A DNA stretch of 64,000 nucleotides, taken from contig CAZYCL010000002.1 of the NCBI GenBank assembly GCA_964645795.1, positions 272,352 through 336,351 of the forward strand. Reading direction: 5' to 3'. Source of the stretch: an uncultured Planctomycetales bacterium (GTDB lineage: Bacteria; Omnitrophota; Gorgyraeia; Gygaellales; Profunditerraquicolaceae). The position numbers and the translations under genes were made by a program. The notes below the pieces were generated by a model, which did no database searches, was not told the origin of the DNA, and was given only the letters and a program-made list of their open reading frames with translations. Shown one piece after another: positions 1 through 12,700 of the stretch. Each line of letters opens with the position of its first letter. The stretch's first letter is position 1.

Positions 1-720
1 GAACTTTTCGGAAATCTTTCTTTGGTCAAGTACTCCTTCTGTTGAAATCTTAAGTTCGTGCGTTTTTACGCGTGTTAGTTTGGGTAGTTTTGTTTGCAGG
101 TCAAGAAGATTGTTTATAAGAAACGCCTGTTCAAAAGGGGTAATGTCCAATGCGGAATATATTAAATCATTTATTGATATCTTTGTGCTTTTGGGAAGCT
201 GAGTTTGAAGTAAAATACGCGCGACCAAATCATTGCATTCTTCTGTTCCTTGAACATTTTTTGCCATAAACTTACGTAGTATTGTATAGAATGCTTCCTT
301 CTGATCTTTGACTTTGGGATACTGTTTATAAAAATTATCCGATACAAACCATATCAGCCGGCGGCCTCTTTCCATTAATCCGGTATATCCGTAAATACCG
401 TCTTCTATTTTTATCAGCCCCATGTCATTTTGTTTCAGTTTTACGACCTGAATTGTTACGATGCCTTTTTGCTTCATATAATTCAGCAACGCGTTTGCGC
501 TCTCCTTGATGCTGCGTCCGGGATTTTGCAGTGTATCTTTTGCAAATGCTTCGAGGTCTTTTTCTTTCTCTGTTTTGGCAAGTACTTCTTGCGCCCCGGA
601 AAGAATGACGCTTCTTGCTGCGCTTGCTATTTTATCTATTATAGTTTTTGCCTTTCTGACATAACTATTCTCAAGCAATTGCCCCACTATCTCATCAACA
701 ATAGCAGCATCAAAGCTGGC
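1..720 (-). other. module of unknown function (C-terminal side; runs off window edge)
   Basis: Verified translation ...NDMGLIKIEDGIYGYTGLMERGRRLIWFVSDNFYKQYPKVKDQKEAFYTILRKFMAKNVQGTEECNDLVARILLQ...; no family recognised. Confidence 0.4.
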
Positions 721-3700
721 TGGCGAGCTGGAGGCGGGATTCGTAATCCGTAAATCGTAATCCGTAATCGGTAATCCTGGCGCCATACCGACTACGGCCT
801 GCGGCCTATGGCCTAAAAACACCGGCGAACATATTTCCTCTGATTCTTGAAGTTTATCCTTAAACCTACAAATAGATTGAGCCAACCGGTGTCCTAAATA
901 ACCAAAGCGCGATTCTTCTCCGCCAATCACTTCTTCAATAATCAAACGGCCCGCAAGATCCGAATAAGAATCTATCCCGTAGCCGCTCCTAAAATCTCCT
1001 TCCTGCCTTTGTAATTTAAAAGATAGCAGATAATCTCCGATATACTCATCAACGTAAAGACCGCCCACTTTAAGCCTCTCGAAGAACGCACGCTGCATAG
1101 GCCTGTTGGCGGTGAAGGCCTTGAAATAAATCAAATCTAATTCATCCGGGAGAAGACTTAAATAAAGAGTGGAACAGGCATCGGCCTGGATGTAGGTAAT
1201 TTTATGTTCTTGCCCGGATTCTCTACCGGAAAACTTAACCTCGTAAGACTGAAAAGGACGTAGTCTCAATGGCTTGACGGAAGAAACGAACATGCCCAAA
1301 CGCTCCAAATCAGCCATAAGAAACGGCTCCACCCCGATCTGATAACCTTCTTGCTCGTAATACAAAACACCCGCGCACTCCTGGCTGCTTCCCATCATGG
1401 GCAAAAATATTCTGTTCTGGAGTTCATCCTTGATAAAACTGCATTTGGCCTGCTCCAAATAATCCCGTTTCATGCGACTGAAGGCATCCTCTCCGACGAA
1501 GAAACCGGAATCACCGTCTTTATCGTAGATAAGATCCTCTTGGCGATAGGCAACTCTGAACGGACGTATATTTATATAGTAAACGGTCTGAAGGTTCGGG
1601 AAGATCTCAAAGATGCGCAAATCCAGTCCGCCCGGGTAAGCAGCGATGCGCGGCTGGCTAAGGATATCAGCCGGCGAGCTGGCCAGCCGAGATTTCAAGG
1701 CTGCCCGTAGCTGTCCCAGTTTTTTCTCAGAAACATCCAAGTAAGGATCATTTAAGATTACCTGTGCTTTCTTAACTGCGCAAAGATCACGTTTCTTTAT
1801 CCCTTTAATGATATCCAGAAAGTAGTCTTCGAAATATTCTTCGATGAGAAGGTGCTCAAAATTAGCAATAATAACCGGGCGGTCCTCATTAAATTCCGCT
1901 ATCCGAAAACTCATTGATCTCTGAGGAATAGCATGCAGAAAATCAATATCGGCATAAACATCTTTTTCAATATCAACCAGAAACCTATCCTTGATTTTCC
2001 GGCCATGCGATAAAGCAAAATGCAAGTGAACCAGCCTGCCGGCGTCATTTTCAGCATCCCTATATAAGGTAGCAATTATCTGTCCTCTTCTGACATTTTG
2101 ACCCCCATCTACAAGTGGAACAACATGCGCATAGGTTGAAAATAATCCGCTTAATCTTTTTCCGTGCTCAATTGATATAAAATAGTTAAACGGCCCATTA
2201 TACTTATAAACTTGAGCGATCACTCCATCTGCTATGGCCCTTACCTTTGTTTCTGCTGGGAGACCCAGCATGATGCTTCCTTCCTTATTAAAATAGGCCG
2301 CCCAGTCGAAAGACGAATCTCGCTCGCCAAATAGGAAATGGCCTGCTGGACCATTCCAACTTACCCATTGCTTGAATCCCGGTATGGATGTTTCATCTAC
2401 GGGAGTCAATACATCCAGATTAGAAGACCATTCCATAGTATCGTAAGATATTGGAACTTTAGCGCTAAATTTGCCTACTCTGTATTCCACCGGTGAGCTA
2501 ACAAGCTCTAATCTTAACGCAGGGCTTCTTTGGGTTTCAATCATGACATTAAGCTCTTTTGATACCAGAAAATTGCCCTTCGCGCTCCTTATCAATTCTA
2601 ATCCTTCGAATAGCTGCTTTAACTGGGACGATTGAACATCAGCGGCGCCATAGTGGTAAGTATAATGCTGTATGTACTCTTGAAAATGAGGCTTGATTGA
2701 AACCGTATCGACAGCAGTAACAGAGGATCCTTTCTCTATATGAACTCGACCGGCAAGATTAACCAAGTACCAAAGAAACATGATCTTTGGATATTGAAGG
2801 CAGAGCCGGTCATCGTCCAGTTTGCGGCTTTCATCGATAATATTGCCATCAGGATATATCTCAAGCATTTTATTTACGTAGTTGACGCATTCCTTATCGC
2901 CCCAAATAGATCCTTGCGCCATAGGCGAACTGGACTTGCAGACATCAAAATAAACGCTTAGAATCCGGTAAGCGCGGTAGAGCTCTTTGGCTTTCCTTTT
3001 CTCCCGTCCATATTCCGCTATTTTATTGATGCAGATCTCTTCCAGCTTTCCTGTTTTGCCGCGATAGAATGAATCTATATCGATGTCCAGAACGCTGATG
3101 CTTTCAGCGATTATTCGGGGTATCTCCCTGGGCAGATTCATCTCATGATCCTTTAGATAGCTATTGAATATGGAATAATACGCGGCCTTGAGTTTTCGTA
3201 TATCCTTTGCATCTTTACTCTTCGCTATTTTTTCCAGGCACATCTCCTGTATAGTCTTCCTGCTGCATATTTCCTGAAGCATTATATCGAGACCGAATTG
3301 CTTAAGATTATTCTGAAGATCTTCCTTATGCTTGAGTTCGGGGTGATCCGAATATATCTGCCGCAATTCATTCTTTTTTGCATTAATCATATTTATTATT
3401 GCCAAGGCGCCCAACAGGATTATGGATGAAAACCACATGAGCGGAACAGCAAAAGCAAGATAACGTAAAACCGGATAAGCAGCAAAGAAAGTCGTATCGG
3501 CAAAAAGCGATATCAAAAATAAAGGCCCCATAACCGGCATAAGTAAGAATTGATAGGCTTCGCTCTCGACAATTGCCGCTGGTTTTGAAGCAAGTATTTT
3601 TACCAACAGTTCTTTTTCTCTCTTATGCGATGCCAAGCTCGATTTTTTGGGATTCAGGCCTTTTGTCGCCGGAGAACTTGCGTTATCTTGCGACAGTAGG

Positions 3701-6700
3701 CTAGCGCGTTTTTTTAGCACTTTGTCTAGATACTCTCGCCCATTTTCGCTTAGAACAAACTGTTTTCCATTGTGGGCCTTGATAAAATCTGCGTTTTCTG
3801 CCCTATCAAACGATTCTTGCCAATGCCGTCTGGAATAATCAACTAGCTCTATCGATGCGCTGTGAAGCGGACGATCGGGCATAGTTCTTGCAACCTCGAA
3901 TAAAGCTTTCCTCAAAATCGACTCTACATTCTGAGGCCCATGAAGCCTAATCTGATTAAGCAGATAATTAATTTGAAATTTTTTCTCCGCATCATTCTTT
4001 AGCGAATATTTTTTGTATAATGGCGGCTCTATCCCGATAATAAAATCCCGCAAGCAGTTCAGCAATTGCCAATCGTCTTCGCAAACTAAATACGGGATCA
4101 TCCCCCAAAATCCTTCAAATACCGGGTTCCCCAAACAAACCGCTATCTTGTCTTCCTTCATGAAACTCTCTACTATCTGGCTTCGCTCCGATATACTGCT
4201 GGTCAACTTTATAGAAGACACCGGGAAATTCCACAAAACTTGCCTTTGCCAGCGCAGCCACTCCTGATTATCAAAAACCATTTTCTTAAATGCGTGGCGC
4301 ACTTCTTCATCTCTATTGCGCTTTAGTTTAAAAGCAGCTCCCTCTAAAGGCTTAAATACATGTATGAAATCAAAATCCGGCAAATCTCGGCGCAAATAAG
4401 TGAGCTCATCGATTTCTTTGCGCATAAACCGCATTAAAGACAAAAATCTGCGTGCAAGAGGGTCGTACATATTGCAGTAAAGCTGCCCTGCGGGAATTAC
4501 GGCGCTAATGAAAGAAACGGCGGCAAGTGAAAGGCCGATTTGGTTTGAAATATTTAATACATTGGACCTCTGTGAATCATCCCAACCAAGTGCTTCATAA
4601 AACGCATTCACCTTCTCAAGCACTTCGAATCCTGAACGACTAAGATTATCCTTACCTAAAATATTGAATATTTGCCGCAACTCATGCTCATCAATGCTTC
4701 TTCCGTCTAGCAGTAATCGCTCTAATCGATTAGCGTCTTTTTTAACTCTCCGTCTCAATGAATTTGCAGCTTTGTACCTCATCCCGGATAAGGGAGAAGA
4801 CCCTAAGAGTACTTTGCGACTTTGATCTTTAAAACTCGCTGGTTTCCTAAAAAATAGGTGTTTTATATCTTCGGTCTGCATGCTCAATTCCCTGATAATC
4901 TTCTTATACTTGGCCCCGTCTATTTGGTCATAAATATTCCTCATCAAAGAAATAATTTTGTTTTTGTCTTTGGAGGCGATTTCCCGCGGATAAGCGATAA
5001 AGAGTCCGGCGATAGTAGGAATGCCCGCTCGATAATTAGGAAGGAATGAAATGCTTTCGTGCCTGCGAGGAAATATATAGAGCCTGTCGGATGAGGAATA
5101 AAGATTGAAGGGTATCATTTTATTTTGCAGAGCTCTGATTAAAGCAAAGGCATGATTGATTCGTTGATTGGGATCGCTGCTTTCAACCACAAAAACTATT
5201 CCCGGGTAGCCTTCTAATTCGCCTACTCTAGTGCACCTATCCACAAAATAAGTTTTCAGCGTTAAGTTTTCAATGGGGAAGCTGCCCTTAAAGAGCTGAA
5301 AATGAAGACTTTCGGGCTTACTGGCCCCGGCACCTTTTTGGTTAAAATACCATTTACTTTGAGTGACTTCGCTTATCAGCGTCGCCAGCATCAAATCTTG
5401 GGCTGTAACCGGCCTATTCTCTTGAGTAAGTTTTAATATGAAATGGAAACTGAGATATGGACATTTATTCTTTAGTATCTGATAGGGCATATTATGGCAT
5501 TTATTAAGATCGTAGATCGGCTCTTCTTCAGGGATAGATTCGGATTGGATTAACCCCGTATTAACTGAATTTTTCTCCATAACTTTTTTTACAAGTAAAG
5601 GTTGCAATTGCACTTCGGCTGCGAAATTTTTGTTTACCTTGACGGTTTTCTTGATAACGCTTTTGCTGTCCCATGATATCAGCCCATTATTTTTAGCTTC
5701 CCTTAAGGCATTTAAGATTACCTGCTTTAGATTTGCTGATTCCAATTTTTTTCTTAGATCGGCCGTTCTCGAAGCTAAAACCGACATATCCGTTCCTTCC
5801 ACCGGCGAACTGGCGATTTTTCTCCTCCGGTACCCTGGCTTACCATAGAAAGCCCACAAGGCATCACGAGGATGCGCATATATATGATTATTGCCTATCT
5901 TGGATTCAATGCGCCCGTCGGTTCTTAAAACGCCGACATGACATAATGTTCCATTATCATTGTAGTAAACGACCAGATCTCCGGGCTTACTTTGAATCTC
6001 GGAGACCACTTCAAAATTACTGTCGATGATATCTGAGATCTCTTTATGGTTGCCTACAAGCTCGGGATAGTAGAATGCCCTCGCGTAGCTCAGGCACTGG
6101 CCGGCAAAAAACTCTTTGCGCATGACAATGGAAAAGCCCGGCCTAGAACCAAGGGCATCTGCATGCTCAATGTTCTTTTGCGAATTAACCGTTGCTGTTT
6201 TCTCATCCGCCGGAGAACTGGAAAGCCCTTTCACAAAACCGATGTCTTGCGCTAAGTGATTGCGGGTGCCAAGCAATATTACCGAATGTTCCGGATATCC
6301 AAGAAACTCCGTTAACACCTCTGCCTTTGGCTTGTTTTCGCTCTTTCTGATCACTGAATTAAGCACTACGGCTATGCCTTTTTGATTTAATGCCGCAGCT
6401 AAATCGCGTTGTTTCTGGAATAGCCATCCGGGCATCTGCACCGCATCAAGGCCGTCAAGTAACCCCTGATTAACCGCGGCTTTCAGCACGTCTTCCCGAG
6501 AGATGGAAGCCCCGATATATTTGACTCCGTATAAGTTACCTTCTTTGATGCGGGCCATAGTATTTATAACCCGGACATCGCGCAATACTTCTTCGGTCGC
6601 CCCATGGATATAAAGCAACTCAAAATTACCGAGGCGCTGAAAGCTTCTTTCTGCCGACCGCATGAGGTTTTGGCAGGTATGGTCTATTTGCGATTTGCCC

Positions 6701-9700
6701 TTATCTACAATGAACTCCTCCCCCCATTTTGTGGCAATGAAAGCCCTTTGTCTTAAATGCGGATATTTGAAAAAGAATTCTCCGATCCGCTTTTCGCTAA
6801 AACCGTAAGCCGCGGCTGTATCCAGCATTATGACCCCGTCTTTGTTAGCCATCCGGCCAAAGACGATGTTCAAATAATCTTCTATCTCTTCGGGTTCAGG
6901 ATAAAAGTAATCCTTATTATCCGCAGGCCACCTGCGGCCGAACCAAATTGTCCCGGCGCCTAAAACGAAAAATTCCAATCCTGTTTTTCCAAAATTCCGG
7001 TAAAGCGATGCCGCCGGAGAGCTGGCAGAGTCATCGGCTGTCGGTAAAGAACCGTTGTTGTATGAATTAATTTTCGCCAGGTCAATACCAATGGGAATAT
7101 TTTTTGGCAAAACGGGGACTTGACTTCTTTTGTCGTTATTAACGATCAAATCCCAGCGGATGTTTGCCTCTCTCATCTGTTGATGTATGGCAATCCACCT
7201 GGAAGCATATTCTGCATGGATCTTTCTAAGAACTTCGGGACTGATGCCTTCTCCATACGGGATTCCATGCTCCGCGAGAAATCTGTCATGAAATGCCGAT
7301 TCTGCGCTATAATCAGAACGTTCAACAAGAACATGAATATCCAATGTAATATCGTGTTCGACGAGCCAGCCCAGCGTGTGGACCCCTTCCACAACGATCA
7401 CCCTAGCGTTCTCTTTAGGCACGTAAGGGGCCAGGGCATTCGGGTCTTCTTCAAGATAGGAATTGATCTTATCCTCGGAAAGACCCAGGACATCGCTCCT
7501 GACAAGCAATTTCGAGAATGTAGTTTTGCCTACCGCCGGATAACCACAAATGCCCACCGCGACCGGGATCTTGCCTTCTTTAAGCTTTTCTTCAATCATT
7601 GTTTTTAATATTCTCAAGCCTTCCACTAATGAAAACGCCTTGAGGGGCCTGTTTTCCGGCGTCACCGGCGAGCTGGACATTATTTTATCGGCGACAACCG
7701 TCCAAAGCGGGTTACCCGAGTGCCTGCCCAATACATCGATCTTGCAGATTTTAAACCCATGCCTTTGGAAATATTTCCCGATCTCTGTTTCTGTATAAAA
7801 TAATTTGCTACGGTCATAATCAAGCTTGATATGCAAATTCAGTGAATCGATAATGTACTGCCTTATTCCTAAAGTTGCGGCCCTGCTGAATTTATTAAAC
7901 AGGTACATTGCCTCCGGGGAATCAACCGGCAGCGAATCAATATTGATTTTTTTCGAGCTTAGGTGGCATCGGAAAAAAGGCAGCAACTTACGATAAGTAT
8001 CTATGCTTATAAGCCAGTTATTCTGCGGGTGTATCATGATATTCACCACCCTGCCAAATGGCCGAAGAATACGGTTCAACTCTTTCCCGGATTTTTCCAA
8101 ATCCGTATAGCACCAGCTGTTTACCGAAAAAGACCCGTTAAAGTAGTCTGAGGGGTAGGGCGTATTCTCTATTAAGGACTTTACATGGATTATCTCTAAC
8201 CCGGCCCCCGCCGGAAGGCTGTCATTGGCTTCCAGGGTATGCATCTCTACCTCAAAGGGAAGGCTATTCTTTAGGCGATAGGCGTAATCGGAATCGCCGC
8301 AGCCTAACTCTACTAACCTAATCTTATATTTACCTTCCATGCTTGGGCTTTCCTGCATGCTGCTGGCGATAAAATGTATTATTTTATTTACCCCGGAATC
8401 GGCATAGCTTTCCCCGGAAGGCTGCTTTTTTTGCTGCTTCCCCCATGCGGACACCTTATCCATTTGCGCATCCACCGGCGAGCTGACCGGGCTGCTTACC
8501 CCTGCTTTTTTATCGCTGCCAAAAAGGGCCACGAATTCTCCGGAAGAAGAATAATAAGAGAGCTTTTTATCGCTTTTTCTCCATATGCCGAAAGAATCTT
8601 CGAATGATTTGATGATATCCGGGTATCTAGCCAGTTCTTTAAGCTGAGGGCCATTTCTTTTTATCGCCTTCTGGACGTCTCTGATATATCTTTGCGCATC
8701 CCCGGCATCAATTTCCAGATATTCGGCTATTTGCTGATAAGTTAAAGCATGGAAGCGTAAGATAAATGCAGCCTTCTTGATATTTCTAAGCCTCTTAACT
8801 TCAGCAAGCCTGTCCCATATCCTTTTACGTATGTAATGATGCTCAAAATCAAGCACAATAGCCCAGAGGCTCTCAATATAATCCCGAGTTTTATTCTCTA
8901 ATAAACGGTTAACCCAATAAAAGCAGTTATTGGAAGACTTTTCCGACGTCCCAAGATATTTCCCGATTTCCTTGTGTGCGATATATCTGAATTCATGAAG
9001 TATGAATATTGCCTTGCCCTTTTCCGATAGCCAGGGGATAGTATTTAACGCATCTCTTACCGCAGATAATTTAGGGTATTTATCCAATGGGGCAGAGAAT
9101 TGAGCTGAATCTCTACCCGCATATTTGATTAATCTTCTGGCACGAAATAACCTAGTTTTAATTGTCGCTACCGGCAGTCTTAACCGCGCTGCAAGCTCTT
9201 TATAAGAGAGGCCCTCAAAATACCTAAGGGTAATTACGCTCTTGTGCATACCTTTTAGATGATCTATCTGTTGACGTAAAATCAAAATTTTATCTATCTC
9301 GTCACCGGGTTCCTCACTGATCTCTTCCTGAATCTCGTCTATATCTTTGTATCTATTTATATATACCTTATTTCTATCGACCCAATTCTTTCTTAACCGG
9401 TCAATTCCCGTATAATAGGCTATCTTATAGAGCCAGGTCTGAAAATTCGCGGCCTGCGGGTTAAATCTATTTCCTTTTTCCCGCGTTAAGGCTATCTTAT
9501 TAAAGACATCCCCAGCCATTTCTTGGATTTCCTGATCAATAAATACCCCGTTAAACCGAATGTGATAATAATTTATAAGCCTGTTCCTGTAGCGGCTGAT
9601 TATTTCATCCATGCCTGCAACTCTTCCTTGATAAAACTTCTCCATGGAAATGGCGTCGATCGACGGGGAAACCGGAGAGCTGGTATTCCTTGTAGCCATA

Positions 9701-12700
9701 TCGCAGCCGACAGGAGAAACGGAAGAAGCTGCTGCTTCCCCCAGATTAACCCTGCCCGGGGCAAGAATACGCCCCAGTTGACTAGCGATATCGGTCAAAC
9801 TTTTGCTAAAAAGAGGAGATTCTTTCTCGAAAGTGGCCCAAAATCCGGAATCTGTCTGCCTTACGGATTGGATGACCCTGCGTAAAATCAGCGCCCCTTC
9901 GGGCAAAGAAGCAAAGCTTCTCAATAAAGTAAATATGAGCTGGTTGCGCCGCAGACAGCCTTCCAGCTCTAAAACATCATCCCAGCCGCTGACGGCTCCG
10001 CTATCCTTCATTTTTTCAAGTAACGATACGGCCGACAGGCAGCGATACGATAAAGGATTAAATAACTGGGCTTCCTTTACAAAGCGGCATAAGTCGCAGG
10101 ATGAATCCTGCTTCAGATGAAAATGGTCTGCCTGATGGATAATCGCGCTTATATCCTTTAGCAAAGAATAATCACCGATAAGATGCAGGCTGTTCATTAA
10201 AAGCATTGTCTCCAGCAGAGCGTCACCTTTGCCGTTAGAGTAAAACATGCGTCTGGCAAGCTGATCAGCTATAGGCTCCCTTTCTGCGTCCCATTTGTTT
10301 GCGGGTTCTTCGGATATATTCAGGCCGTCAAAACTCTTGTCTGCCCTGTCCAACAGGTCAAATGCAAACAACGTGTTTAATAGCTCCCTGCCTCTTAGGA
10401 CGCCATTGTTACCCGGACCGATATAGAACCGTAGCGCCTGAGAAGCCGCTTTTTCGGAGTCTTCTTCATTCACGACAACAGCCGGAACTCCGCCCTGATC
10501 CATATAAACCGCTACTGTTTTCGATGCCCCTTCGCCAAGATGATAAACCAGCTCTTCGATTCCTGTATTAAGAGTTATTCCGTTTTTCTCTGAAACGCGT
10601 ATGCCTTTTATCACCAGGTCCGGACCAAACTCATCCAAAAGCCAAGTCAAAGACGGCAATGATCCTTGGCAGTCAAAAACTAAGGCACCCTTCTTGTATA
10701 CGCGTATGCGCGGGTCCTGGATGACAACCGCTTCCTTGAGCGGTTCTTTGTGGTTTATGTGACGATCCCGGTTAACAGCGGCGCCAGGCTTGATTACTCT
10801 GTCATTGGCAACCCCCTTGTACTGCAGTGCCCAAGCATACTGAAGATCGGGATTTCTTGCCTTTGCGGTGCCGGTCAATCTGCGAGCCCGTACAACTCTA
10901 TTGCCCGTCTTATCATGCCTATTATTGCCTTTCTGGCCTGACTTATTATTTTTCTTGATTTCTGCCCTGATGCGGAGCTTATCTTCCCTGACGCGGAGCT
11001 TCTCTTCTTTAAGCTTTTCCCGCATCTCGTCTTTCGCCTTTCTCTTAAGCCTGGAGGCTGCCTGCGTATAATGCTTTTCAAACCTCCTTAAAACCGCTTG
11101 TTTTTGGATATAGCGAGCTATGCTTTCAACCCTGTAATTTATAAGCTGCTTGGTGGGAATAAGGTATTTTTTAATGCCCGCAGCTTTCAGTATTACGCTT
11201 ACCTCCTTTGCCTTTCTGAGCAAGTTTACCGGATCGGCGTAATGCTTGCCTTCTTGACGGTACTGCTTCGGAAAGGAATTGTAGTCGACGCCGAACTCGA
11301 TCAACCCTTCTATGGCCTGACGAACCTGCAATGCCTTCTTCTCTTCCTGGCGGAGTCTCTGCTGTTTCTTTTTCTTTAAATATTTTATTGCTGCGGCTAC
11401 GGTATGCCTCCTTAGCAAGGTAATGGTAATCTCATTCTTATCCAGATCATACCCCTCTATCCGTTTTTCAAGCTCGTCTCTTTTGCTGCATAAAGCCCAG
11501 GCGGATATATGGTCCTTGAAACAGGATGATACTTTGTCGAAATCTATGGCGTAAACATCCAAAAGCCTCTTTTTTGCGGCCTGCTGCCGGCATAAATCTT
11601 CTTCGATCCTTGCGATAGCCGCTGTGATCATTTTTACATGTGCATGCGCAGAGTACTTTAAAAGCGTATTCGTTGAAACCTTGTAATCACCAAGGCCTTC
11701 CTTCTCCAGCTCCGCCTGTAATCGCACTCTCTTCTCCAGCAGCCCTAGGGGGCTGATATAATACTTGCCGCCTATGCGCCGGTAAAATCCCGGTATAGCG
11801 TAATAATCAATACCGAATTCTTTGAGCGCCCGCACGACAGCGCTGTTATCATTGCCCACCGGTGAACTGATGAAGCAGCCGGGCCTGTGATAAACTTCCA
11901 CTCCGGCAGGCAGGTTCCCATTGATCACTCTCTCTAATTTGCGGAAGGTTAAAGAGACCTGCTGTTCCGGGGCGTTGGTAATGATGACCTGGGCATCGTC
12001 TTTCATCTCAGCCAGGAGCTTATCTTCCAATCTGTATTCCGAAAACGACCCGCTTTTCGTGTATAAAATAAAGTCTGTCTTGCGCAGGCTCACATTTTCG
12101 CCTAAGAAGTCCAGACAAAATATTTCGATCCTGCCGACCAAATTCTCCCAGCCTGCTTCTTGCCTAAGCCGCCGGATGATGGAGTGATTGTCTTCGACCA
12201 GGTCTATGTCACCCTCTAAGCCTACTGCGCGCTTTGCCCCAAAAGCTGCGACCATCGCCAACTCCAGACCTTGACCGCTACCGAGGCTAAATACAGTCTT
12301 TCCGCTGATATCAATAGCGTTAAAAACCCTAAGGAATTGTTCAAAAGCGGTGGCCTTAAAATGTCCGTAGGAGGTGATCTTCCCGGAGCCGCTGGTTAAG
12401 GTCAATTCTTCCGTGCCTAAATAATTATTGGCATAACCGCTATCGCCATAATATTTTCTCAAAGTTGACAATAAGGTCGCCCTTTGGCTGACATATGGAA
12501 AACCCACCGGCGAGCTGGAAAGCCTGGATTGCAATCTGGAAATCCCGCATGCCGCGCCGGCCACTGAACAGGTAAAACCGGCAACGGAAAGAACTATCAA
12601 CAACAGGCCTTTCCGGGCAAAATCACCTGCCCTTGCATCCATTAATGTGCCGTCGGGATTGAACCTATACAGGGCCAGCTCATTCTCCTTTATAACGTTG

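Noticed and set aside
7120-7608. Plus-strand ORFs from the track (for example 7120..7608 at 162 aa, 58133..58645 at 170 aa, 27592..28056 at 154 aa) as candidate genes
   Set aside because: They overlap verified minus-strand homology (P-loop kinase, TPR module and others), have low-complexity or odd composition, and carry the antisense TGEL artefact. Treated as shadow ORFs.
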